From assembly GCA_028716665.1 (NCBI GenBank), contig JAQUPP010000001.1:37313-101312 (forward strand): DNA of 64,000 nt, written 5' to 3'. Below the pieces are notes generated by a model. It saw only the letters and a program-made list of their open reading frames with translations, had not been told where the DNA came from and ran no database searches. Shown here piece after piece: positions 18,556-27,622 of the stretch. How positions within the stretch are numbered: position 1 is the first letter of the stretch; each line of letters starts with the position of its first letter. Origin of the DNA: Patescibacteria group bacterium. Its GTDB lineage: Bacteria > Patescibacteriota > Patescibacteriia > UBA2591 > JAQUPP01. The translations under genes and the position numbers were made by a program.

Positions 18556-19125
18556 TTATCCCCCTAAATTCAAGTTGAGACCTGATTTAATGCTTCCCTT
18601 TGGAATCCTGATTGTTATTTTGTTTGGCTTTTTCCATGTGCGAATTTTAGTTGTTTTAACAGAACCAAAGCATATCATTTTTTTCCAAAAAGTATTGGGA
18701 ATAAAAATTTTCTTATTGACAATTTCTTGCATCTCAATCACCCCGTCATTACGATCTTCTTCATAGATTGTAACCCCCGAATCAACACTTACTTTCCCGA
18801 ATTTTATGCCGCCATCAGAAGTCCGATAATAATAGTAATAAAACATTTTATTGTCAGTCTCTATGTTTCCTGTCCCAATAAAAAAATCTCCTCTTGTTTC
18901 AGAACCACTTTTATCTCTCAGAGCTACTAAACTTTGTGTTGTTAACCGACCGGATTCTTTTTTAAAAGCCCAAAATAAATCCACGCTGTCATACACAATG
19001 CTATCAATGAACAACATAATGACAAAGGTAACTATTCCTGCAATAATAGTGCTGGAAATTTTTTCTTCAATAGCAACTTTCCATAAAATTGCTATTACAA
19101 CTGCAACGGCTATCGCCAATAACAT
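18556..19125 (-). CDS. hypothetical membrane protein (2 N-terminal TM helices)
   Basis: 189-aa ORF with AGGAGG upstream; no family recognised. Confidence 0.6.
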   Translation of the reverse strand: MLLAIAVAVVIAILWKVAIEEKISSTIIAGIVTFVIMLFIDSIVYDSVDLFWAFKKESGRLTTQSLVALRDKSGSETRGDFFIGTGNIETDNKMFYYYYYRTSDGGIKFGKVSVDSGVTIYEEDRNDGVIEMQEIVNKKIFIPNTFWKKMICFGSVKTTKIRTWKKPNKITIRIPKGSIKSGLNLNLGG

Positions 19126-19161
19126 TTTAACCTCCTTTTTAAATTTACTATTTAATGTTCA

Positions 19162-20718
19162 TTAAAACACATTTTTCATTTTTGTCAACCCTCTTAAAAA
19201 TTTTATTGCTGATTTTTTATCTTTAATTTTTCCTTCGAGCTGTTTTTCTCTTAAAATCTCCAATAATTCGCCTATTCTGGGTCCCGGTTTTATTTTAAAC
19301 TCTTTCATAATTTCATTGCCGTTTAAAATCGGTTGGGGCAATTCTTTTTTATTAGCGCTTAATTTTTTTAATTCTTTGATTCTTTTCAGCATATTTTTGA
19401 AATCGCCAAAATCAGAATGGCCTTTTTCCAAAATCGTGGCTGAAATATCCGCGAATGAAAGTTTTAACAAATTTTCGCCCGGCAAATTTTGATTAAAAAA
19501 ATATTTTTCAATGGTTTGCGGCCGCATTTTAAGAGCATTGCCGTGAACCAAAAGCATGTGATTTTTAATCAACCAGGCGATTTTTTCCGGATCAACGCCG
19601 AAATTTTCCCTTCGGGGCTGAGAATCTCCCTCTGGGGCGAAGCCCGGACTTGAAAATTTTAATCGCTCGCAAATTTTTTTGGTTTTTTCCGCGCCCACCA
19701 CGTCATGCTCATTAAAACGAATGCGGTCAGTGTGATTTTTCTCCGGAGTTTGAATGGTCGGCGGCTTGCCCAAATCATGGAAAAGAGTGGCGATAATCAA
19801 TTCTGTGTTCGGGCGCTCACTATTGAATTGCTTTTTAAATTGCGGAGAAAATAATTTTTCCAAAGCCAAACGCGTATGTACCCAAACATCTCCTTCGGAA
19901 TGAAAATTTTTCGGCTGCGGACATTTTTTCATTTTTAAAATTTCCGGCATTATTGCTTCAAAAAATCCACTCTGATCAAATAAATCAAGAGCTTTAACCG
20001 GATTAAAATAAAAAGATTTCAAAAATTCCCGGGCAATAATTTCGTAAGGCACTGTCTTGGCGATCAATTTGATTTTAGATTTAATGACTTGCCATGTCAT
20101 TTTTTCAATTTGCCAATCATTATCCAACTGACAATTAAATCTTATCGCTCGCAACATTCTGGAATAATCTTCTTTAAATCTGTCTTCCGGCTTGCCAACG
20201 GTTTTAATAATTTTATTTTTAAGGTCTTTTAGGCCGTTAAATGGATCAATAATATTTGACGCCATCCCTTCGACTATGCTCAGGGCAAGTGCGTTAATCG
20301 TGAAATCGCGGCGAGACAGATCCTCTTCAATTGGCAAATCGGGATTAGTTAAAACTTTTACATCGCGATAACCGCCGGTATTAAAAGAAAAATCGCGGCG
20401 AGGCAAAGCAATATCAAAAGGATTATGCTTGTCGCCGCCTTTTGGGGTGAATTTAAAAACACCAAAACTTTTGCCGACAAATTCCACTTGTCCTAAATTC
20501 GCCAAAAACTTTTCCAAATCAGACACTTTAACCTTACAAACAACAAAATCATAGTCCTTGGTTGTTTTTTTTAAAAACAAATCTCTGACCGCGCCGCCAA
20601 CCAAATAAATTTCAGCTTTGGGAAATTTCTTTTGTAATTTTTTTAAAAAATCAAAATTTTTATCCTTATTCAGGAAGTCTAAATTAAGTTTAAAACTGTT
20701 CTTTTTTTTAGATAACAT
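19162..20718 (-). CDS. cca: CCA tRNA nucleotidyltransferase with HD domain
   Basis: YLVGGAVRD...KDYDF, EDLSRRDFTINA, RFKEDYSRMLRAIRF, HSEGDVWVHT, LFHDLGK. Confidence 0.92.
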   Translation of the reverse strand: MLSKKKNSFKLNLDFLNKDKNFDFLKKLQKKFPKAEIYLVGGAVRDLFLKKTTKDYDFVVCKVKVSDLEKFLANLGQVEFVGKSFGVFKFTPKGGDKHNPFDIALPRRDFSFNTGGYRDVKVLTNPDLPIEEDLSRRDFTINALALSIVEGMASNIIDPFNGLKDLKNKIIKTVGKPEDRFKEDYSRMLRAIRFNCQLDNDWQIEKMTWQVIKSKIKLIAKTVPYEIIAREFLKSFYFNPVKALDLFDQSGFFEAIMPEILKMKKCPQPKNFHSEGDVWVHTRLALEKLFSPQFKKQFNSERPNTELIIATLFHDLGKPPTIQTPEKNHTDRIRFNEHDVVGAEKTKKICERLKFSSPGFAPEGDSQPRRENFGVDPEKIAWLIKNHMLLVHGNALKMRPQTIEKYFFNQNLPGENLLKLSFADISATILEKGHSDFGDFKNMLKRIKELKKLSANKKELPQPILNGNEIMKEFKIKPGPRIGELLEILREKQLEGKIKDKKSAIKFLRGLTKMKNVF

Positions 20719-20723
20719 AAAAA

Positions 20724-21191
20724 TTATTTGTCCAATTTTTTATGCCAAAACACGGCGGTAATTTGACGATAAGACTTATCTCCTCTTGGACCAAAAGTAT
20801 AATGATGGATTATCGGTTGTTTTTTAATTGGATTATTGCTGATTGCTTTATTATTCCCAATATAAAAACCCAGATGGGAATGATCATCTTTTGTTTCCCA
20901 CAAAATAATCGCTCCTTTTTTTAATTTTTTTATTTTACTCCAGCCCATTTTTTGCATATCTTCCAAGGTGCTTTTAACCGTTAAATGAGGCTGTTTGATC
21001 AAATTGAAATTATTTAAAATCGTGGAAACAAAAAAAGCGCAGGAAAGTTTGCCGCCCTGAACCGCGTCTTGCTTTTTATCTCCTTGCCGGATATAAAAAT
21101 TACGAAAAAGATTGGATCCCACGCCATTTTCTATCATTTTAAAATATGACTGACTCAAAGCAACTTCAATTTTAGAAAATTTTTTTGCCAT
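20724..21191 (-). CDS. NlpC/P60-like (papain-fold) protein
   Basis: LSCAFFVS...GAIILW...HSHLGFYIG. Confidence 0.55.
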   Translation of the reverse strand: MAKKFSKIEVALSQSYFKMIENGVGSNLFRNFYIRQGDKKQDAVQGGKLSCAFFVSTILNNFNLIKQPHLTVKSTLEDMQKMGWSKIKKLKKGAIILWETKDDHSHLGFYIGNNKAISNNPIKKQPIIHHYTFGPRGDKSYRQITAVFWHKKLDK

Positions 21192-21205
21192 TTTATCTTT
21201 GATTA

Positions 21206-21448
21206 TTATTTTGAATCTGATTTTTTTGGAGGATATAAATCTAAAATTATATCCAAAATTCTATCTAATATTTTTTCCGGCTCATCTGGCAATTTATGAT
21301 ATAACCCACTGACCAATCCCTTAACTGATTCTAGAAATCTGCCTCCTTGATTTTGAACGCAATCTTTACTTAAAAAAAGTTTTAAATCATTTTCTAATTG
21401 CAATAAAACCTTGGTAAATCCTTCCGGATTTTGAAAAGCTAAAAACAT
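21206..21448 (-). CDS. hypothetical protein
   Basis: 80-aa ORF co-oriented with its neighbours. Confidence 0.45.
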   Translation of the reverse strand: MFLAFQNPEGFTKVLLQLENDLKLFLSKDCVQNQGGRFLESVKGLVSGLYHKLPDEPEKILDRILDIILDLYPPKKSDSK

Positions 21449-21756
21449 TACGCCTTCCTCTTCTATTTTCCATAATAATATAAATTAACATTAACTCATT
21501 TTAACAAATTCCGCAACATAAAAAATTTATCAGTTAAAATAAAATGAGAGATAAATCTCTGATTTTTCCCTCACTTTATATAGTATCCTCATTATACCAA
21601 CCTTACGCCTATTTTCAAAGTCACTAAATAAAAATAATTTCGCAAGTGTGTAAATTTGGAAAGTTTTTTAAAGGAAAAAATAATTGAATTATCAGTGGCA
21701 ATCTTTAAATCTTGTCTAGCTTTGATAAAAATTATAATTTAAAAAAGATCACTTAA

Positions 21757-22884
21757 TCACAAACTTTTATTATAAATATATTCATTGATTCTCTTTATTA
21801 CAGAGTTACAAAGATCATCTTCTGATCCAGATGAATCAACAATAACAGCTCTGCCTTTTAATTTTTTAGCAACTTTAATAAATTTTTCTCTATAATACTT
21901 TAAATCTCCAACAGTATGATATTTTTCATCTAAAACTCGACCGGCTTTTTCTAATCTTTTTCTACAAACTTCGACAGAAGCATCAAGAATAATATAAAAT
22001 TCATTCTCTGCCGGGAGGATGTTTTCATCATCAGTTAATTTTGTTGGTATCCCTCTATCTTTAACAATATATCCTCTATTTTTTAGTTGATTTACTAGAG
22101 TGGTTTTTCCTGTCCCGTCATTACCGTCTACCACAATTATAATATTAGAATTTGTTATTTTTTTAATTTGGGTGGCAAGCCACATTGTGAAATCTTGAAG
22201 AGCTTTTCGACGGTGACTTATAAGATTTTTTCTCATTGAATCTATTTCTGCCCATGTTTTACCGAACGAAGTGTCACTAATAAAAATAGGATCATATCCA
22301 AAACCATTTTTGCCGATTGATTGATCGGTAATCCATCCATGTGCTTCACCATATGAACTAAATATTATATCACCATTTAAATCTGCAACCTTTAAGGACA
22401 CAACAAATTTTGCTGATCGATAGGGCTGTTTGATATTTTTCATTAATTCCAGAACCTTTTTATTATTTAATAAATCAATTTCATTTCTCAATATACCACT
22501 TGCCTTATAGCCTGATAATATGCCCTCAGAAATATTTACATCAGAAAAATCAGAGAACCGGGCCGACCAAGGACCAGGGAGGCCTCCTAAAATTGGGATA
22601 ATCAATCCTGAATCTTCACTAATAGTCAACACATCACTTAATAATAAAAAATCTTTTGCTCTTCTGTCGCTTATTTTCTTCTTTTTCTTTAGATTTTCAA
22701 CCAAAGTTTTACATACATGCCTTGCATATTCTCTAGCTTTGATTTCTGCATTGCCATCAAAGGTGTTGGCCATTTCTTCTGGTTCAATAGAATCTGTTAC
22801 ATCAAGATCTATTTCTAAAGGACGCAAAATACTAGCCAGTTCTCTTACCTTATATGGATTGCTTGTGCCTATGTAAAATTTCAT
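21757..22884 (-). CDS. HAM1/RdgB-type ITP/XTP pyrophosphatase fused to a P-loop nucleotide-kinase-like domain
   Basis: TSNPYK, EE...TF.GNA..KA, EDSGL, LPGPWSAR, GFGYDPIF, KN.ISHR; C-terminal IVVDGNDGTGKTT. Confidence 0.88.
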   Translation of the reverse strand: MKFYIGTSNPYKVRELASILRPLEIDLDVTDSIEPEEMANTFDGNAEIKAREYARHVCKTLVENLKKKKKISDRRAKDFLLLSDVLTISEDSGLIIPILGGLPGPWSARFSDFSDVNISEGILSGYKASGILRNEIDLLNNKKVLELMKNIKQPYRSAKFVVSLKVADLNGDIIFSSYGEAHGWITDQSIGKNGFGYDPIFISDTSFGKTWAEIDSMRKNLISHRRKALQDFTMWLATQIKKITNSNIIIVVDGNDGTGKTTLVNQLKNRGYIVKDRGIPTKLTDDENILPAENEFYIILDASVEVCRKRLEKAGRVLDEKYHTVGDLKYYREKFIKVAKKLKGRAVIVDSSGSEDDLCNSVIKRINEYIYNKSL

Positions 22885-22897
22885 AAATTTAATAACA

Positions 22898-23866
22898 TTA
22901 TTTACTTATTAAATCAACCAATAATTCCCATTTTTTAATTATATCATTGCTACTACCGCCTGTTCTCCACACATCTTTATCCAAAGATCCTAAATCTAGA
23001 TGCCTGTATCTACCACAATCCGGAGATATTTCTCCATACACAAGATTCCCATCTTCTGATATAAACATACATAAATCATAAAAAACAATGTTTTTTAATG
23101 CTAAGAACTCCTCAATGCATTTAGCGGTAAGAAAGGCTGTCCGCTGTGCTTCTTTTGTGTCTATAAACCAATCCGCAATTTGTAGAGGTAACGCCACATC
23201 TGCAACTCTATTCCCCCATTCTTCAATTTTTAATTTTATTTGATTCACATATTTATTATCTGAATCAAAGTCTTCCCCTAAAATTTGTTTAGCTATATTT
23301 AAACCCTTACCTTTTTGAATAAGAGGATTGCGCCAATCGAATCTGACAACTATTTCCGGGAAAGCATCATCTGGCCCAAGTTTTATTCCACTATAAAACG
23401 AATGAGATTTTCTAATCAATGAATCTGATAAGCCCACGCAGCTATGTTTTGTTGTCCCGGTCAAATATCTCTTGGCGACAATTTCTATTGGAGGTGCTTT
23501 TGGCAATTTTTCTTTCTCTTCTGTTGTTAAATCAGGAGGAATAAATTTATTAAAACCATATTTTTTAAACTCAACCTCACTCGGCATAACCAAGAGAGAG
23601 AGAACAAAATCGTCAGTTATCTCCTTGTATGAATGTTCAATGCCATTCTTTTTTAAAAGATCAACAAAAATTTTAGACGCTCTAAGTCTAGGAATATGTG
23701 ACCCCGGAACCTCGGCACATCTATTTTCCGTGAAAGAATAAATAGTAGGTTTAAATCTTATCACCACCATCCCTTCACCTGCATATCTTACTTCCTTGCT
23801 TTCTCCTTCGATTACCAAAGGTAATTTTTTAAAACCTTCTAAGTCCAACTTTTTTATATCAATCAT
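22898..23866 (-). CDS. divergent SAICAR synthetase (PurC) homologue
   Basis: EGESK, PPIEIVAKRYLTGT, GEISPDCGR, LDKDVWR; canonical DxKxEFG replaced by DLCMFIS. Confidence 0.8.
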   Translation of the reverse strand: MIDIKKLDLEGFKKLPLVIEGESKEVRYAGEGMVVIRFKPTIYSFTENRCAEVPGSHIPRLRASKIFVDLLKKNGIEHSYKEITDDFVLSLLVMPSEVEFKKYGFNKFIPPDLTTEEKEKLPKAPPIEIVAKRYLTGTTKHSCVGLSDSLIRKSHSFYSGIKLGPDDAFPEIVVRFDWRNPLIQKGKGLNIAKQILGEDFDSDNKYVNQIKLKIEEWGNRVADVALPLQIADWFIDTKEAQRTAFLTAKCIEEFLALKNIVFYDLCMFISEDGNLVYGEISPDCGRYRHLDLGSLDKDVWRTGGSSNDIIKKWELLVDLISK

Positions 23867-23871
23867 AAATA

Positions 23872-25308
23872 TTACATTAAAATAAATTGATCTCTTTTTG
23901 GGCCCACACCGATACCTGAAACAGTTAAGCCAGTCTCATTTTCAACAAATTTAATAAAAAATAAAACTTCCTTAGGCAATTTATTTTTTAATTTTATTTC
24001 TGAAAGATCTTGTTTTATGAATGGTAAATATTTTATTACCGGTTTAGTTTTTCTAAGTTCTTCTTCGGATGAAGGGAAAAAATCTATAATCTTTTTACCT
24101 AGTTTATATGCTACCACAACAGGAATCCCTGGTAGTTTAGTATGATTAAAATATTCTAGACAATCTATTTTGTTTATGAATATTTCATCAACACCACTCA
24201 ATCTGGCATTATGTTTGATCATCACTAAATCAAAAATACCGATACGACGTGGTCTTTTTGTAGTAGCTCCATATTCACCTCCAAGTATTCTCAAAGCAAC
24301 CCCGATTTCAAACTCACTTTTAGAAAGTAATCTCTTGGGATCAGAATATTGAATATTTTCCTCTTCTTTTGTATGAGACATCCCTCCGTCTTCAGCACAA
24401 TATATTTCACTCTTGCTACCGCCAAATTCAGAAACAAAAGGGCCATTGCCGACTCGCGACATAATAGCTTTAACCACCGCCACGGTTTTTTGATGAAATT
24501 TATTAGACAAATCTCCGCCCACATAAGCTGCGCCGGCTACAGTTCTACTAGAAGTTACATAAGGCACTGTTCCATAAATCGGGTCGAGCATAATCGAATT
24601 TGCCCCTTCAAAAAATATATTTTTTCCACCCTCTGCCATTTTTTGAAGAACAAGTGGATCTTTTGAAACAAATTTTTTAAGTTTCTTTACCCCATAATCA
24701 AAATCGTCAACAGCTTTTTGGATGTTCATATCTTTAATTTGACTCCATTTAATAGCATTAATCAACAATTTATTGATTATATTTTTAAATTTCAATGGAT
24801 TAGATAAATAATCTCCAATTCTAATATTCCTAATTATGTCTGACTCCATTCTAAGTGCCACATCTGCATATGCTGGCCCTATACCATTGCCGGTTGTCCC
24901 TATTTTGGCGCCATATATTTTATCATAAATAATATCAGAAGGTTTAACTAATGGCACGTTAGGTGATATTATAAGTCTATTATTAATATTTAAACCATGA
25001 GAATTTATTTCTTTTATTTCCCTATTAAATTTAATAGGTTCAAGCACGCAGCCTGAACCGTAATACAAAATCATTTTTTTATAAAAAATTCCAGAGGGTA
25101 CCTGATGCAGAGCAATTCTAATACCATTCGCCTCCAGTGTATGCCCAGCATTTGCGCCGCCATTAAACCTCGCTACAACATCATATTTCGTATGCTTCAA
25201 GAGATAATCTAAAACCCTGGCCTTACCCTCATCACCATACTGGATACCCACTAAAACAGTTGCTTTGCCAGATTTTTTATTACCAAAGCTTACTTTGTTA
25301 TTTTTCAT
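23872..25308 (-). CDS. purA: adenylosuccinate synthetase
   Basis: GIQYGDEGKAR, RFNGGANAGHT, IGTTGNGIGPAY, EGAN, YVTSS, EYGATTKRPRRIG. Confidence 0.93.
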   Translation of the reverse strand: MKNNKVSFGNKKSGKATVLVGIQYGDEGKARVLDYLLKHTKYDVVARFNGGANAGHTLEANGIRIALHQVPSGIFYKKMILYYGSGCVLEPIKFNREIKEINSHGLNINNRLIISPNVPLVKPSDIIYDKIYGAKIGTTGNGIGPAYADVALRMESDIIRNIRIGDYLSNPLKFKNIINKLLINAIKWSQIKDMNIQKAVDDFDYGVKKLKKFVSKDPLVLQKMAEGGKNIFFEGANSIMLDPIYGTVPYVTSSRTVAGAAYVGGDLSNKFHQKTVAVVKAIMSRVGNGPFVSEFGGSKSEIYCAEDGGMSHTKEEENIQYSDPKRLLSKSEFEIGVALRILGGEYGATTKRPRRIGIFDLVMIKHNARLSGVDEIFINKIDCLEYFNHTKLPGIPVVVAYKLGKKIIDFFPSSEEELRKTKPVIKYLPFIKQDLSEIKLKNKLPKEVLFFIKFVENETGLTVSGIGVGPKRDQFILM

Positions 25309-25963
25309 TTTTTTTTATATCATTTAATTTAATAATCATTTCATTAATTTTTTCTTTAATAAATCCATTTTTGTAATTTTCTTTATTTATCACCAGATAA
25401 GTCGAACTTCTCATTATTTCGTCTACTACAATAAGATTATTTGCAGCCATCGTTTCCCCAGTATCAATATTATCAAAAACAATATCAGCATCATCTGGAG
25501 CATATGCTTCGGTTGATCCCCAAGTTTGAATAATTATATGTGCTAAATTTTTATCAAATGCCCAATTTCCAGCAATATTCTCATATTCAGTCGCAATAAG
25601 CAGCGGCCTCTTTGGGGGGTTAACTATGATATCTTTTTGACTTTTATGGACTGCGGCGACCAATCTCACTTGGTTTAATTTCAAATCAAAAATTGGTTCA
25701 ATCTCACTATAACCAGATTCTTTTATTAAATCAAGTCCGACAAAACCCGCATTAAATTGACCAAGTGCTAATAATTGAGGAATGGCACGAACCTTGACAA
25801 GCTTAGCTTTTATATTTAAATCATTACAAATAGGATTATAGTCTCTGTTATTTTTAAATTTAAATTTGATATCAATTTTTTCCAAAAGACTAAGAACATT
25901 TGACAATAATATTCCTTTAGGCAACGCAAGTCTCATTATATTATTTATTTTCTTCTTCTCCAT
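25298..25963 (-). CDS. hisG: ATP phosphoribosyltransferase, short form
   Basis: LALPKG, G.VGLDLIKE, IATEY, WGSTEAYAP..AD...D..DTG.T..AN.L. Confidence 0.9.
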   Translation of the reverse strand: MEKKKINNIMRLALPKGILLSNVLSLLEKIDIKFKFKNNRDYNPICNDLNIKAKLVKVRAIPQLLALGQFNAGFVGLDLIKESGYSEIEPIFDLKLNQVRLVAAVHKSQKDIIVNPPKRPLLIATEYENIAGNWAFDKNLAHIIIQTWGSTEAYAPDDADIVFDNIDTGETMAANNLIVVDEIMRSSTYLVINKENYKNGFIKEKINEMIIKLNDIKKNEK

Positions 25964-27168
25964 AATTCATTTTCTATATCTCTGATTGTAATATGATGTT
26001 TTGCCATAAACATCATTATAAAAAAAACTGAATCTGCAACTTCCCAAATTAAATTATCTCTATCTTTATAATTAATCATTTCATCTATTTCTTCTAAAAT
26101 CTTACCCTTAATTTTTATTTCATTCTTAGCTAAGTTTGAAACAAAAGAATCAGCTTTTGGATTTTTAATCCGATCACAAATAATATTATAGACATCTTCA
26201 AGGGAAAAATATTTATCACCAAAACAAGAATAAGATCCCGTGTGACATGCGCATCCTTTTTGTTTTACTACAAAAATAATAGCATCTTTGTCACAATCAT
26301 ATCTAGCTTTTAAAAGAAATTGTTTATTACCAGAAGTTTCACCTTTTTGCCAAAGATCCTTTCTTGAACGACTATAATATGTAGCAAAATTAGTAGCAAA
26401 AGTTTTTTTAAGCGATTCATGAGAAGAATAAGCTAGCATTAAAACCCCTCCTTTAGTATCTTGAACAATTGTCGGGATTAATCCTTTTACTTTTTTAAAA
26501 TCGAGCACAGAAATAAAAGCTTCGGATAGTTTAATTTTCCCAGTATATAAAGCCATACCGATCTGGGAATTAACATTTAGTTTCTCGAGGTTTTTTATAT
26601 CCTTATATGTAGTTATTCCGCCTGCAATTGTAAATTTATTTGAAGTTAAATTTAAAAATTTTTTAAAAATATTAAAATCTAGACCATTCATTAAACCTTC
26701 TTTATCTACATTGGTAAAAAGAAATTCACTACAATATTCAGACAACTCCTCAATAACCTGTGAGGGAGTTTTTGTTGTTAGATTGGTCCACCCATGATCA
26801 ACTATTTTACCTCCTTTTGTATCAATGGCGACAATAATTCTATCCTTCGGCAATTCTTTTAAAAATTCTTTAGTTGCTTTTGTCCCAATTATTATCTTTT
26901 TTGCTCCTGCAGCTAATAATTCATTGGCCTTTTCTAAATTTCTTATCCCGCCACCAACCCTACATTCTGCTAACTTACAGATTTTTTTTATTAATTTCAA
27001 ATTATTACCCTTATCCATCGCAGCATCAAGGTCAACAACCGCAATTTCTCCATATTTTTTAAAATCTTCAACTAAACTAAAAATGTCAGATCTTTCTAAA
27101 ACCTTAGTTTTTCCTTGCTGCAATTGTACTGCTTTACCTCTTATAATATCAATACTTGGGATTATCAT
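25945..27168 (-). CDS. trifunctional HisA-HisI-HisE fusion (likely start 27168)
   Basis: HisA: IIPSIDI..GKAVQL, VDLDAA, VGGGIR, AGGI. HisI: YSRSR..LW.KGETSGN, DCD.D, CHTG..SCF. HisE: KILEE, WEVAD...EL..R. Confidence 0.9.
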   Translation of the reverse strand: MIIPSIDIIRGKAVQLQQGKTKVLERSDIFSLVEDFKKYGEIAVVDLDAAMDKGNNLKLIKKICKLAECRVGGGIRNLEKANELLAAGAKKIIIGTKATKEFLKELPKDRIIVAIDTKGGKIVDHGWTNLTTKTPSQVIEELSEYCSEFLFTNVDKEGLMNGLDFNIFKKFLNLTSNKFTIAGGITTYKDIKNLEKLNVNSQIGMALYTGKIKLSEAFISVLDFKKVKGLIPTIVQDTKGGVLMLAYSSHESLKKTFATNFATYYSRSRKDLWQKGETSGNKQFLLKARYDCDKDAIIFVVKQKGCACHTGSYSCFGDKYFSLEDVYNIICDRIKNPKADSFVSNLAKNEIKIKGKILEEIDEMINYKDRDNLIWEVADSVFFIMMFMAKHHITIRDIENELWRRRK

Positions 27169-27178
27169 AGATACTTTT

Positions 27179-27207
27179 ATTATATAGCATAAAATAATTT
27201 TCGTCAA
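27179..27207 (-). promoter_or_regulatory. promoter of the island operon
   Basis: TTGACG-17 nt-TATAAT ending ~10 nt before the ATG at 27168. Confidence 0.6.
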
Positions 27208-27353
27208 AATTAAACGAAACCTATAAATCGTCACTAAAATTTCCTAGTTTTCATGCGCGTGAGATTATCTTCATTCAGCAATTTTAAAAATAAGTGCATG
27301 ATTGTTATAATAAATAAAGTGAGGAATAAATCTCTGATTTTTCCCTCACTTTA

Positions 27354-27429
27354 TGGTGGGCACTAGAGGACTCGAACCTCTGACCTTCACAATGTCAATG
27401 TGACGCGCTACCAACTGCGCCAAGTGCCC
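27354..27429 (-). tRNA. tRNA-Val(GAC)
   Basis: GGGCACT...TCACA TTGACAT TGTGA...TTCGAGT...AGTGCCC-ACCA. Confidence 0.95.
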
Positions 27430-27622
27430 CTCACATGAAAATTATTAGAAATATTTTGATTCTTTTTTAAATGTATATACGACCCAGAATATCTTTTAAG
27501 TATGTTTTTTATATTTTGGTGCCTTTTTTAGGAGCACCTGTTTTATACACAGACTAAATCAAATGGAAATTAATGTTTTATAAATTCTACTAATTCTTAA
27601 ACATATAATTTTCATGTGAGGG
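27428..27622. mobile_element. MITE-like element at the 5' end of tRNA-Val(GAC)
   Basis: Perfect 18-bp TIR CCCTCACATGAAAATTAT; CCAAGTGCCC at 27420-27429 and 27624-27633. Confidence 0.75.

Larger units (their letters stand above)
21551..27354. mobile_element. genomic island bounded by a 29-bp direct repeat at the 3' side of tRNA-Val(GAC)
   Basis: ATAAATCTCTGATTTTTCCCTCACTTTAT at 21551-21579 and 27326-27354; five-gene operon inside; no integrase seen. Confidence 0.7.

Noticed and set aside
23872-25308. PurA homologue as PurZ (2-aminoadenine DNA pathway)
   Set aside because: It keeps the canonical GDEGK Asp rather than the PurZ-type Ser, and there is no phage replication context.
25298-27168. 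Ordinary histidine biosynthesis operon
   Set aside because: hisF, H, B, C and D are absent from the island and the neighbours are purine-type enzymes. Their presence elsewhere in the genome cannot be excluded from this window.
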